From the NCBI GenBank assembly GCA_010093705.1, contig MU006106.1, positions 1 to 64,000 on the forward strand: a DNA stretch of 64,000 nucleotides, given 5' to 3'. Below the pieces are notes generated by a model that was given only the letters and a program-made list of their open reading frames with translations, had not been told where the DNA came from and ran no database searches. Shown here piece by piece: positions 10,423-23,299 of this stretch. The translations under genes and the position numbers were made by a program. The stretch is from Patellaria atrata CBS 101060. Its lineage: Eukaryota. Numbering within the stretch: position 1 is the stretch's first letter; each line of letters begins with the position of its first letter.

Positions 10423-13168
10423 CTTCGTGAGGGTATGCGAACGGCACGATAGCGTACGGCTTTCGATATCTGCGATATATGAATAGCTAATTGAACGTGA
10501 GAACGCGCCTTTTGACGGATAGCATAACCGGAAACGTGGGGATGTGCTCTCGTTTACATTTTACAGATCTTATGGAACACGTTACAGGTCGGGTGCCAAG
10601 ACCGGATCAGGGCATAGATTCTGCACGGCTGATAGCAGACAATAAAGATAATTCCATATCGAAACTGGTATGAACAGTAATTCTGCAACTCTTCAATAAG
10701 AATTCAACCTTCTCTGAGCACTCTATAGAAATGAAGTGGACAGAAATGATGACAAAGCTACCCGGTGAATTTTTCACTCAGTTCCGAGCTCCATCCCTTG
10801 GCACCTCAAGTTACTCCCAACTCCTTTCCATTAGAAATCAGGTCTTCAACGCTTCCCTTTCTTCAATTTTTGAAACCATAGTTCCCTTCAGATGAAAAAT
10901 TCGTGTTTCGAGGAGATCTTTTCGAGCGCGAGTGAGGACAATGTCTCTTATTAATGTTCAATTAGAACTCTCACTGGAGTCTTGATCCGTCCTATTGACA
11001 CCTTGTGCACCCTAGGCCGCACTCGAGTTTTCCATAATGGAACACATGATGAGGTACTGTTCCTGAACGCCAACTTCTGCACCGAAACCACGTGACCAGG
11101 CGAACTCATTAACACCGTCTGAATAGGTTGGGCTCATTTTGGCAGGGTTGACTTGCTTGATAGGGGGAGAGAGTATTTCAGTTTAATTTTAGTCTTGTAA
11201 TCCGCGGTAAGTTCTTCATACAGATAACGAAGATGATGAGTGGTTAGTCATCGAAAGAAAGCTGGTGGTTCTGATGACTGTTACGGGCTGAGGATTCGAG
11301 ACTGAAGTAGTCCCGTTGGATGTTTGGTTGGTAGCTTAATTTAAGACTTCATTAATTAAGAATAGGCTGTTGGGTTCCCGCCTTGAGGAATATATATACT
11401 ATAAAATGCCAATATTAAATTTGTGTTGTTGTACGAAGTCAGCCTTAGTATCACCACCTTTAGTGTCATTGTTAGAAATACTGCCAACGTCATAACTTAA
11501 CTTTCAGTGTATGTGATGTCAAGTGTCGTCTTCATCTTAGCTGAGTACGCTGGCTATTTAATGACCCGAGTGTTTGGTCTGGCCACGGCCCAAATACGGC
11601 TGAATTGTAAAATCTGGGAAAGTTTGGCCATGTGGGTAGTCAAGGTAAAGCTTAGGGCAGAAATATGCTATCGAAAGCCACGTGCGGTGTTTACCGCAAA
11701 GGATCAGCTAGGATAAAGAAGGTCCCTAGGGAAAACAATATCTGTAGGATGTTATCATAAAACCTTGTGAAAAAGGGATGACAGAATAACTCTACAAGAG
11801 AAAGTCCAACTTGAGCAAATGACCGAAGAAGTTATATCTCGATTTGAAGTTAGTTCACATTATGAAAAATCAGTGGAGAGTAGGCCTTCATCGCTACATA
11901 TTCAGATGTTTCCCCAGTGAGGTAGAACCAAAACTACGCCCGGTAACTCTGATGTGTTGCTGGTGATAGCTTCAGAGTATAGTCATGATCTAAGGTTGTG
12001 AGATGAAGTTAGGAAAGGAAACAGGGAAAAAGCTAATTTTTGCCAGAGCCGTAAGGTGGAGGTACAAGAAAGGCGGAGCACACTTACGTACGGTAATAGC
12101 TATGGGTCATGTGAAGAAGAAGCAGGTTGTAAACTACGAACACGAAAGGTGTTGTGGAACAGATATGAAAGATACAGTAAGAACGTCTAGTGAACTCAGG
12201 TCTGATAGAATCGCGCAACCGCATCTGGAGAATATATGCATTATGACATTAATCTGATCACTCTTCAGGTATCGAATGGAAGAAAAGTAATAAGACATAG
12301 AATGACAGAGTGATATATACAGAAAGCATGGGAAAGTTAAAACTACAAGCAAGTGTGGCAAGGAGCTGAAAATGGAAGTCTCGGCAATTCTTAGTCAGCG
12401 GGGATAGTCCTATAAATCGGCGGAGGAGTCCAAATGGGTCCAAAATCGACGAATAAAAACCTTACTATTACAAAAAATCTTACGCTTGGATGTTCAGCTC
12501 TTCAAAATCTTTAATTACATCCTAGGGGGCGACGAAGCTTTAAAGCTCCTCGTTAAGATCCAGAGAGAGCGGGTTGTTGAATTCTACGTTCGGGGGGGAT
12601 GTTTCATTGCGATATAACGGATCCCAACGGTACGGTTGGACACATCTCTTCGGCTTTGATGGCTCAATAAAACACTGTAGCTTGCCGCTTTATGAACACT
12701 GTTGTACTGTACGAAGTAGTTCTGCTTCATTCGTGCGCTTTCTATAGTCCGACAATTTATGAAGAATCGAGATCAAGACCCAAGGTAACAATACCTAGTT
12801 CATTTTCAGTTACTGAGCGTTGGGTTCTTTTGAATTGCTAAGTTATATTCTCCACGAGGTCTTTTCAGTCAATGTTGAAAACCCTCAGTTTAAATAGTGT
12901 CAGATTTGTGATGCACAAATCGATCGGGGGATATCGCTTGATTGTTTAATGACTGTTCTAACGAGCGTTTAAATACATGAGAACATGCAGGCAACAGCGT
13001 TGATACCTACTAGGCAGCTGTGTCAAAGGAATGGTGCTAATAGCTAGCGTAAGGCAGTAGGAAATATACTTGATTATCCGTTACTACTAACTTCTTCAGT
13101 CTGACAAATAGGAAGCTGTTGAAATTATATCACTCAGGCCGTACGTTTCCCACTCTGATTATGAACGG

Positions 13169-14347
13169 CTATGCCGCTATCTTCAAATTCTTACTTGGAC
13201 CCCAATCAAGATATCCCTCTTGTCCTTTATGCTTGATTTTAGTCGGTAATTGGAATTCTGGGTGCGACTGCTTGTAAAACTTTAGATCCATGGCCAGCTT
13301 CATATCAACCTTTGTGGCTTGAATTTCCCTCCCTAAGTATCTAATAAGGGATTTATACACAGTCTCTGCAAGAGCCGGTTGTTCAGATATTAACGGCGTA
13401 GAGCCCCATAAGAAGGTTTCCAGAGGTTTTACAGACTGTGCTTCTTGGAGACGTCGGGAAATCTGCTCGAGTAGAGTCTCGATGTTGAGTAGATTACTAG
13501 TAGCCGTCTGGATACTGTTTCTAACTTCTGCAGCTGTAGAATAAGTGAAATTGTATGTATCTGTTCCCTGGAGCATTCCTTCTTTTGCTTGGTTTAGATT
13601 TGTATCAAGGTCATCAGACTTATTATGAATATTGCATTCATACCCCTTCTTGAACGTGGTTCTGCAAGAAGCAACCAATTTCCCAAATATAGTCGTCAAT
13701 AGCAATTGGATTCGGGCGTTGAGGGAGCAACTGCATGTTAATATGTTTGAGAGAAGATCCACAACGTCTTGGTTGGTCTGAATACCGTCGGTGTCTCGCC
13801 TTCGCGGCGAAGACCCCATGTACGGTTGATCACACAAACTGAGACAAATATTGGGAGGGGTGTGTAACTTTTGCAGGATGTTCAGAGCGATATCGAAACA
13901 ACTTCTAGGCTGGTATGAGCAACTATTACGGCTGAAGGAGTGATGCTCGTTCCCGCGGGATCTGACGGGTGATAAGCTCTGTGCTAAATCGTCTTCTAGT
14001 CTTGTGTCCATTGGTGTAGGTAACTGAACAGGAGACATGGGGGCCGAGAGAGGAACGCAGAAGTCGTCGAAATCAAACTCTTCATGCGTGTCGTTCCCCA
14101 TTATGGGAGAGTGTATCCTATCTAACGGAGGAAAGTCGCTAATAGGTGGATAGTCGGATTGCTCTTGCTCATAACTGTTCCACGAAGCTATATTGGAATT
14201 CAGCTCAGGTAATGTATTGCCGTAAACGGATTGTTCGATATCATGGCAGCCACATTCCATACTTTCTAAGCCCTCGACTTGGCGTAATGATACTGTGGCA
14301 GTTGAGGGTGGAATATTTGAGGTATCTCTGTAAAGGAAAGCTTCCAT
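13169..14347 (-). CDS. AflR-like C-terminal regulatory-domain protein lacking a visible Zn cluster
   Basis: 392-aa ORF with SCFDIALNILQKLH...NQDVVDLLSNILTCSCSLNARIQLLLTTIFGKLV, resembling the AflR C-terminal domain. No CxxC cluster in the ORF. Confidence 0.65.
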   Translation of the reverse strand: MEAFLYRDTSNIPPSTATVSLRQVEGLESMECGCHDIEQSVYGNTLPELNSNIASWNSYEQEQSDYPPISDFPPLDRIHSPIMGNDTHEEFDFDDFCVPLSAPMSPVQLPTPMDTRLEDDLAQSLSPVRSRGNEHHSFSRNSCSYQPRSCFDIALNILQKLHTPPNICLSLCDQPYMGSSPRRRDTDGIQTNQDVVDLLSNILTCSCSLNARIQLLLTTIFGKLVASCRTTFKKGYECNIHNKSDDLDTNLNQAKEGMLQGTDTYNFTYSTAAEVRNSIQTATSNLLNIETLLEQISRRLQEAQSVKPLETFLWGSTPLISEQPALAETVYKSLIRYLGREIQATKVDMKLAMDLKFYKQSHPEFQLPTKIKHKGQEGYLDWGPSKNLKIAA

Positions 14348-15118
14348 TCTCAGCTAACTAGAAGCGAAACGTGGTATTTCTCTAGGCGACGCCTGAAGGA
14401 ATAAAGGATTTCAGATTTGCCAGAACTTACTCATTAAGATATCCACGTGGGATTATACTTATCAGTTAAGACGAGATATGCAAGCGACAGATATTGATAA
14501 ATCGGACTTGCATGTGAATGATAGAATAAGAGCAGGGTCTGGAAGCCAAGCGGGTGACACTTAAAATGAGACCTGATTTCTATTTCGAGGCAGGCAGGCA
14601 ATAGACTCTCTTGCTTCATGTGCAACTCTTACGCAGCAGCTAGTTGGTATGAAGAATTACTGCTCGGAAAGGTGATATGGGGTTTCTCCGAGCTGGATTG
14701 AACGGTGAAAGCGAAAGAGATATACTTTATGCACGATTCTTATACGTGAATGCACAGAAAAAGGTTGCTTCTACTTATCCAAACTCCATCCACTTGGGCG
14801 GAGATGATTGTAAGATGCGGAAAAGAAAGAATGGTGGTGACGGTGGTATGAAAGAGTGACCGAGTAAGGCCCGCGGTGTGGGGACCGGAGTTCTGGGGTT
14901 TGTTACCTTTCCTGGGTGGTTAAACCTACCTTGAAGTCCTGAAGAGCGAATACATACAAACCCCGAGACTCCATTGAGAATGCGCCATCAAATATTTTTA
15001 TGATGGAAGGCTGCTTGTCCTAGCAGCAGACATGTTATTCTTCCCATCCTTTTCAATATCCTTCTTGGCCCATGTCTCATAATACAACCGCTATTCCATT
15101 GTTACGAGACAAAGAAAT

Positions 15119-16423
15119 ATGTCTGCGTTTGGTTGTAATGGAAAAAGCATTTCCAAGAAGATTCAGAAACTAAAGGATACCTGTGACATGTGCTCAGTGT
15201 CAAAAGTTAAATGCAGCAAAGAAAAACCGCATTGCGCTCGATGTGAGAAATTGGATTTTCCATGTGTTTACAGTCCTGCAAGACGAATGGGAAGGCCACA
15301 TCCACATAGAGACAAAGACAGAAAAGCGAAGGTCAAGGACCAGGAACTGCAATTTTGCTCAAAGAGGGCCACGAGTGAGACCGTTGACCCTGGATTCAGT
15401 GTTCTGGAAAACGAAACATATAATAGTTCTACTCGGAGTAGCTCATCTAAGCCTCACAATATTACTTGCGGTTTTATAAACCATGATCTCAACTCTCTAC
15501 CACTAGGACAGCAAGTGAGTAACCAGATGGATGAAAAATCAGAGTTATTTAAAAATCCAGACAAGGCAAACAACACAACACTTTCCCGCGAATCTTCTTG
15601 CAGATCGAGCCGACTGAGTAAAGCTGAATCAAGACCTGCAGACGGGCGTAAAAGTCCAATATCTGGATTGGGCGATGTCCACTCAGAATCAGAGTATACC
15701 AGCAGTATCCGGAGCTCCTACGACCCGATATCGGGTGTTTTTACTCTCTGTAATACATCTATCCATACCAAGAGCCATTCGAGCACAGTTGGTCCATTTT
15801 CGGGAATGCGTACTCCTCTAAACGTAACCAACGATGAGGGAAGTCCTCGTGGGACCGGCAAGCCCCAAGTTCCGAAATCCCCGTCATACATGGAAGAATT
15901 TGATTTAGGCCTCGATTGTGCCACTACTGTTATGCTGATGCTTCAAGACCTTAATATGATGGACGGAATACCAAAAAAGTGCAACAAGGGAGCAGATCCA
16001 CCGAGCGTACACGTCATTTTAAACCTAGCATCAGTGTGTATTAGACGAATCTCCAAAATTTTGATATGTCCGTGCTCCCAGAAGACGGAAGTAGGACTCT
16101 TAGTGGCAGTGGTCTGCAATGCTATTCTTGACGTTTACACTGCGAGCCTTCGTGCACCGAGACAGCAACTTACTAGCAGAGGTTATGACGGTCGGAATAT
16201 GATCGATTTGGGAACCTGGGATATTTCGGGGGAAAAGACGAGCATAATGTCAGTACTAGAGGAGCTTCCAAAGATTGCCAACTTGATAGTACAATTTACC
16301 AAACGGTACCAGGATATCGAACACCATTTGGTACTGGACTTTTTACCTGCGTTAGCAGTATCGCTGAAGGTTAGGCTGAAGTCTGTTATCAGCGAAGCAA
16401 TTGATAGCGTAGTCAAGGGCTGA
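15119..16423 (+). CDS. AflR-like Zn(II)2Cys6 transcription factor
   Basis: KLKDTCDMCSVSKVKCSKEKPHCARCEKLDFPCVYSPARRMGRP, plus a C-terminal DCATTV...ILICPCS domain. Confidence 0.9.
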   Translation: MSAFGCNGKSISKKIQKLKDTCDMCSVSKVKCSKEKPHCARCEKLDFPCVYSPARRMGRPHPHRDKDRKAKVKDQELQFCSKRATSETVDPGFSVLENETYNSSTRSSSSKPHNITCGFINHDLNSLPLGQQVSNQMDEKSELFKNPDKANNTTLSRESSCRSSRLSKAESRPADGRKSPISGLGDVHSESEYTSSIRSSYDPISGVFTLCNTSIHTKSHSSTVGPFSGMRTPLNVTNDEGSPRGTGKPQVPKSPSYMEEFDLGLDCATTVMLMLQDLNMMDGIPKKCNKGADPPSVHVILNLASVCIRRISKILICPCSQKTEVGLLVAVVCNAILDVYTASLRAPRQQLTSRGYDGRNMIDLGTWDISGEKTSIMSVLEELPKIANLIVQFTKRYQDIEHHLVLDFLPALAVSLKVRLKSVISEAIDSVVKG

Positions 16424-17402
16424 ACTAAGGAGAATGGCTTTTTCTAATCGATGTTATACACCAATGGTTATCAATGACATAAAGCGTCGGCTCACAGTTT
16501 ACTATACGCGTACGAAAAGAAGCCATAAAGATTGGCAAACGGCTAATTGCTTTACTGAAAGCTTTTGAATCGCGAAAATGAAGTCTCTCATTGCTAATAA
16601 AGGCATGTTGTTGTATAGTGCTCGATAATAGCTGAATGATTCTCCGGAACTCCGGTCACCGTCTGACTAGACTTTGCCGGCAGATCGGCATAAGCTTACT
16701 TGCATCGACTTTGGTAAAGCTAAAACCAAAATGGGAGGATGAGACGTAGTGCGACTAATATCCGGACCTTTCTTTGTAAATATGATGACGATTTCGCACC
16801 GAGTATCCATCTTGATCGTGGCGGGTTGGTAAAAGGGAAATGTGTAACCTTCGACTGGCTTATTGACGCGAAACCAGATTCATCAAAATCCTAAACGAAT
16901 TCTTAATAATAATTTCGTATTCATGTTACTAGAGATTAGTAGGACATCTGGTGTGTAGGACTACCTTAGTAAAACCTTTCATACCACCGGATCGTTCGAG
17001 TTCAGGCCAGAGAGCACACCTTCCCATATACAGTAACAAGGAAAGGTGGAGTCTTCACTCCCATTTCTACCTGAATCTTTTTTCTTCACTTCATCATCGT
17101 ACCTGGTTCATATCAGTGATTCCCTAAGCATGTCGTATGGCGAACATGAAAGATCCACTGTCCACTCCGTAATTTGTCACTTTCAGTTCCGCTGCCATAA
17201 TGGTTGATTGCGGAGCAGTATTTAATTTAGCGATCGTGAAGATTATCTAGTTAGTATTTCGAGATATCAGTCAATTCTCCTATGAACTGTAACCTTAGTG
17301 AAAGTTCTTCTGGTCGGTGAAGTTTCCACTCTTTAGGGTGATTCCACTATAATTTATAGTTTTTGGCTCCTGCTAGCGATCAGAGAATGCATGATTCGGT
17401 TT

Positions 17403-18667
17403 TTACTCGGCTAACGCCGTTGTGATATCCTCCTCTACCGTGTCCCACAGACTCGGTGCAGAAGGTTTATATCCAAGCCATTTGGTGGCTCGATCAGCAG
17501 TGGTTCGCGAGTTCGAAGCGAAGAGATACCTTCCGAGAAGTGGATATTGCGGATATACCTTGATCATCGTATCTATCTCTGCGGTAGGCAGACTTAATGG
17601 CTCCGCATTCGTGATCACGCCAAGCTTCTCCAGAACCTTTCCGGTTGTGGTAGCAATCTCTTTTTGCGAAGCTTCTTGACTTGAGGCAAAGTAATATCCC
17701 TTCCCGTTGTCAGCCATTACTCACGACCGAGTATTATCAAAGTTCAGAATATACCTGGGTTCCCCAGTCAGCATTTTTTCCACCAGCTACCGCATCCTCA
17801 ACCAAGCCAAGGTACACTTGCATTAGATCCTCAATGTGCACCCAGCCTCTCCTGTTTTCGCCTTCACCAGCATAGAATGCTCGCCCAGTCTCCTTGATCT
17901 TACTTACATACAGAGGGATAAAGATGCTCGCAACTTTGCCTGGACCACTGCCTTTTCCATAGATGTCCGGTGGGCATATGACCGCAATTTTAACGCCAGT
18001 TTTCTCTTCTTCCGCTGCAGCTGCAGCTAGGATGGCTTCCGTATTCTGATGAAGCTCACCTCTGGGACGGGAGCGGATCTCTACAAGATCACCAATGTCT
18101 GACCAGGTCTTGGAGTTGCGTGTGCCAGGTGTTCTGTCCTCCCGCCAGTCGGCAACAAGTCCGCTACCGCTCAGGTGGATTAGGAAAGCAGGGGAATACC
18201 GGGATGCACGTCGCTTCAATCCAGCAATTAAAGCTTTGAGACTGGGTTCATGGTCGGAGTTTCCATTATCTGTACTGAATCAGTCATTCCTGTCTTCCGT
18301 AAAATTCATAAGTGTGAATTAATTAGAAAGAAATCGACTTCAGTCTAGTTTGCTGTAGACTCGCCTAAGGGTTGATACTTACGCACGACAACGTCTGAAT
18401 TTTCTGCAGCTTCGGCGATGATATCATAGCTATCATAGTCCCCATTGATAACTTTAATATTGGGATAGCGAGAAGCGAAACCCTCAGGTAGCCGACGAAG
18501 TAATGCCGCGATTTCGTATTCAGGATGTTTGGTAGCGAGAGTATTAAGAACGCTTCCTCCGATATAACCTGTACCCCCAGTTCTGCTTTTATGTCAGTTG
18601 CTTTTTACTTCCTTATTAAGACAATATGGTGACGGTTATGAGCGTACACGAGGATTGTAGGTGCCAT
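17403..18667 (-). CDS. NAD(P)-dependent epimerase/dehydratase (extended SDR), 4 exons
   Basis: Spliced MAPTILVTGGTGYIGGSVL Rossmann motif, then LIHLSGSG, ICPPDIYGKGSG, GWVHIEDL, GYYFASS and SNSRTTADRATKWLGY. GT..AG introns connect the pieces. Confidence 0.88.
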
Positions 18668-19311
18668 GATCGCTTAAATCTCACTTGATTCTGTCTACAG
18701 CTCCTTCAAAGTGAACTGATAAAGAATATTATCGTCAGCTTTTCATCACCCGGTGTTTCTCAAATCTCTATAAGTAGGTGTTCGCTTAACAAATTGATGT
18801 TGAATGAGATTAACTAGGGAAGACTTTATTTGTCAGCCGATGAGGGATATCATAGTTCCGTACGGATGAAGTAAATTTTAGTTCCAACCTAAAGTAGTTC
18901 TAGAACTAGTCCTAGTTCTAATGGTCCGAGCTGCGACTTCAGGGTAGAACTTAGACAGATGAAAGCAAGCTTGGTAAGAATAGAATATCAATAGTTATAG
19001 AAGTATCACTTCAAATCATTTTCTTGTCAGTCACCGGACTTCCTTACTTCAACGTCTGGTCCCTTTCCTTCTCCAGTCACAGATGGCTCTGTTCAATTGC
19101 TGGACGTCCACCCACCGACAGGTGGTTCTGCTAGAACCAAAATCTTCCACGGCTGTACTAGAAATTTGCGATTAGGGTAGAAGTAAAGTTTGCGACAATC
19201 TGTGCAGCCTATTACAAGATATATGAGAAATTCAGAAAGAATCATTTAGATCAAGCGTAATCCGCACATGACTTTAGCAGTCATACCAGTAATGGAACGG
19301 AACAACTGTTA

Positions 19312-22300
19312 TCATCTGAGTTGCCCATCGACTAAGCTGTCATATACCTTCTGGCTTGGATTGTTCGCATCGTACTTGTCCTTTTGAAGCTCTTTACGAA
19401 TTCTCCCTACTCTCTCGAGTAACTTTGCAGCCCTTGTTTCGTTAACCTCAACAACAGACAGGGCATACAGGACGCGTGCTTCTTCACATAGTGCGGTTTG
19501 GAGAAGAATATTGATGTCTAAGCTTTCACGAAGCGTCGACCTGGATCAAACCGTGTAAGAAAGATGTCTCTAAGAAGGGTAAGGTGTATCCCACCTAGCA
19601 TGGGCTCTAAGGTCCTTCTCGGCAGCAATAAGACCCTGCTCGAACAGACAGCAAGCGTGTAGAAGGTTCCGGACGTCCTTGAGCTTCTCTAAATCCTCGA
19701 TAGCGGCTTGACACGCTTCTATAGCAGGATCGAGCTTATTCTGCGATCGGAGCATCTGACCACGGTTTTGTTTGATACTAATATGTCAGCTTCAAGGCCA
19801 TCAATATGTTCCTTCCTTTAACATGCGATAGTGTTCCTAACCTGCCGTACATTTGGTTTCTAGCATTCTTCGACTCTGATGTACGGGGAGTGGACAAAGT
19901 AGAGGATTGCTAGTTGTTCCGTACCACTTGACCATAGAGGATAGAAATCAACCTAGTACCCGGATATAGCAGCCCCCAATAGTGCTTGAACAGAACGTAC
20001 AGAGGTTCGGAATAGCTAAAACAACAGTGGAGAGGATAGGATTGGGGGGAGCGTGTCTTACTGGACTGCCATGTATATATCTTTGTTTTTCAAACCTGCA
20101 CTGTCAATCTTCTGTTTGGCTTCATCGAATCTGCCAAGAATGGTGCATATACTTCCTAAGTTGAGCTCGTAGGTTGCCCTAGTAATAATTTAGTCGCTTC
20201 ACGGTACTTATCTAGTGCTTATTGTGGCAGGTCCATGCCCAAATACAGATTACCTAAATTTTCTGTGACAGAGAATAAGTCGAGGTTCAAGTCTTCACGA
20301 ATCATCCTAAATTCCTTCATGAGAGCTAACGCGCCGACGAAATCTTCGCATTGAGCGTGAACGCGGGCAGCGTTGTTGCACAGGCGGGCTTATGAAGCCA
20401 GGTGCCGATCTTCAAACCCAGATTTGTGCATTGCTTCCATTGTAGATTCAATCATAGGCACCGCTTCTTTGATCTGATGAACTTGGACACAATATCAAGT
20501 GGCATTGCACATGAGCAAGCAATAATCGTCTGACGGACGCGGCGCTAGCTTCGCAGCAATCCCAGAGTGATAATGGTCTCGTAAAGAATCCACCTGTTGG
20601 GCACGCGTATGACATTCTAAAAGTCGATTTCTATATCTTTCGTCGCCCCACTTTTTTAGGAAACCACTCGTACAGAACTTTTAATGCGGCATCGAAGTAT
20701 CGCTGGCGATCTGAATCACCTATAGAGGTCTCACACGCCAATTAAACCAAGCGATTTATAGAGTATTGTGCTTTTGTCTGGTTATAATCGATTAGCGCAA
20801 GGTCGGTTAAGGCCTTGACTTGTTCGGAAAAGCTGAGTTATATCAACAAAAGATACCTTTTATAATGTGCAAGGAATACTAACTCAATATCATCATGGAA
20901 GAAGCCCAACCAATCTCGCTGTTCGATATCTTCGTCAATGACGAGCATATCCTTATCAATACTATCAGGTGAAATAAACCCCATGACTCCCAAGACCAAT
21001 AATGCTTCATTATTGAGAGATTTTATAGAGGACAAAAAGAGACCCGTCATTAAAGTAGTATATCCAGCATGTAGTAGTTCCGGTGTTGAGACCTCTAGGA
21101 CTTTCCGGGGTCGTATTTGGAAAACCTGTGACATTCTTTAGATAGTCATGGAGCGGGTCGTGATGAATGCAGCTAACTGCGTGAGCGCCAGCGGATATCC
21201 ATGTAATCCTTCCGTAAATACTCTTGCTGCACGTAACTCTGCATTTTGATCTTCCTGAATAATATGGTCTTTCTGTTTGGACTAGATGTAAAAGGGATAT
21301 AGCCGCGTTCTCGGTCTCGAACATGTCTAACCCGCGTTTCGCCGGCTGCTTAGCAAAGGTATGTTTTCGGGTCGTCAGAATGATATGGCCTCTTTCCGAT
21401 ACCGGCCAGTGTCTAAGAAGTACATCGGCTCTATCGACGTTATCATATATGAGCAGCCATCTCACCCCTATCGAGGTTAGTTGACTGCTTTTTATCTCTA
21501 ATAATATACTTACTGTTTGTTGGAGCCAACTGAGGACCTCTATATGGTTTTGGGCACGTTGGTTCCACTTGATATTGGGTAATTTCAATTGAACAGCTGC
21601 TTCGCCAAAGATGGCCTCGAGGCTCGATTCTGTTTCGGCATTGGACCATAAAATAGCGTCATATTGATCCCTTTTACTCAGGGCGTAGTGAAGTGCGAGC
21701 TGAGACTTGCCTAGGCCACCAAGAGAGTAGATCGCAATAGACGCTATATCATCTACGCTGAATTGCTCCGCAAAAAGGATTTGCAATTTAGCAATCTCAC
21801 CTTCGCGTCCAAAGAAAAGGGGTTTTTACTAGCCAGTATATAGTGACATGGTAGACTAGCAGCATCCTGATATGTTTCACTGGCCGCGGGATTCCAACGC
21901 TGGAGTTGAGATGCTTCGGCTTGGACCGATGCCCTGATGGCAAACGAAACAAACTGATTGATTTAAGATACGGATTCTTCAAGCCAATCTATCACTTCGT
22001 TGAACTTGTTCGAGATCTCGCACAAGGTATTTTCTTCGAGAACTTACGAATGTTCATATCAGCAAAATCTTGTCAGGGATATATACCTCTCGTCCGTTGC
22101 CGCATATCTCGCCTACAGTACGCTCGCTCCGTTGAAAAAGATACGGGTGTTGTGCACACGTACGTAGAAGGCAAGGATACAAAAAAGAGAGATCGGTTGA
22201 TGCTGGAGGTCAAACAGTCACCCCAGTAGTTGTTCCACAAGCGTAAGGAGTCGAGGAAGGCGATAAGGAAAAGAGTTACCCACCTTCCGGGCTATCGCGA

Positions 22301-22989
22301 AAAATGGTTATAACTTTTAGTTAGAGACGTACAAGATCGATGTGAGTATTAATAGCGATTTCCTTGAAGGTCTCTGCCGCATGGGTGGTGGAACTCCAGC
22401 CATAGTCATACTCGTTCAAGTACTCTAGCTTATGGGCAATCTTCCGCAAAAGGACGGAGATACGATTGCGTGCATAGTCAACTTTGAGTGATCTCTATTC
22501 GAGACGTTAAAATTGATCGTTAAAGAGACTTTGATTAAGGAAGAGTTGGAAGATGAGACTCCGAACGAAAACGACGGTGTCACATGACAAACAGCACGTG
22601 ATCTAAAACGGAACAAATATGATCACGTGACTAACCCTAAACATCAAGGCCAAAAGTCCCCACATCATTGAAACTCTTCATCAGCTTGACAAAAGTATCA
22701 GCGAACGCTCGGTAGTGATCTAAAATAGGGATCAGGATCTTATAGCTTCTTTTGACTCCCTTTCGTCATTCTCAGCCTCCATGTTTGGCAGTTCATTTCT
22801 AAAATCATCGATCGACTTGATCTTTATAGCGTCCGCATAATCTGGTTCATCAGGTTCTTTTCCGCAATCCATCATTACAGATTTCCAAGCTTCAACATAT
22901 ATTATGTCGCTATGTCCCTTGTTAGTCTGAAGAAATATAACAGCAATCCCTTCAGGTGTAAGGTCGTGCTCCGATATCGAGTCACTCAC
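19312..22989 (-). pseudogene. Degraded NLR-like gene (N-terminal helical domain + NB-ARC + TPR-like C-terminus)
   Basis: FFGREGEIAKL, P-loop SLGGLGKSQLALHYA, Walker B WLLIYDNVD, HIILTTR, and GYPLALTQLAAFI in another frame. C-terminal EARVLYALS...YDSLVDGQLR*. Many stops and frameshifts. Confidence 0.8.
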
Positions 22990-23299
22990 TAATTTGCCCC
23001 CTTTATTACCTCGCTCTATTGTCCTTGGTCAAGAGACTCTACAGAAACATACTCCATATCAGGAGTCGTCCCGAAGGTATTAAGCCTCATTTCGGTTTCG
23101 AGGATTTTGGGAGTTTAGTCCAAAATGTACAAGAAATATTTCCAGGGACCTCCTTCTCCCTATTTATCTGTCTTATGCGACGCCGCTGCGCAGTAGCTCA
23201 AGCCTCGCACATTGACCCCTCACTCGTTACCCTATGAGCTATTGCGTAAATATCTTTACTCTAGCCTCGCTATACCCTCCTTATAAGTAGATCTCAATG

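Noticed and set aside
9719..10486. 255-aa plus-strand ORF
   Set aside because: Antisense shadow of the repetitive AT-hook gene (its LGLPR repeats mirror RGRPK).
10790..11140. Possible small spliced minus-strand gene (MSPTYSDGVNEFAWSRG...)
   Set aside because: No recognisable homology and ambiguous splice frame.
14580..14640. LRKSCT-like fragment upstream of the headless AflR-like ORF as a lost Zn-cluster exon
   Set aside because: A stop follows immediately and the Cys spacing does not fit. Cannot be supported by eye.
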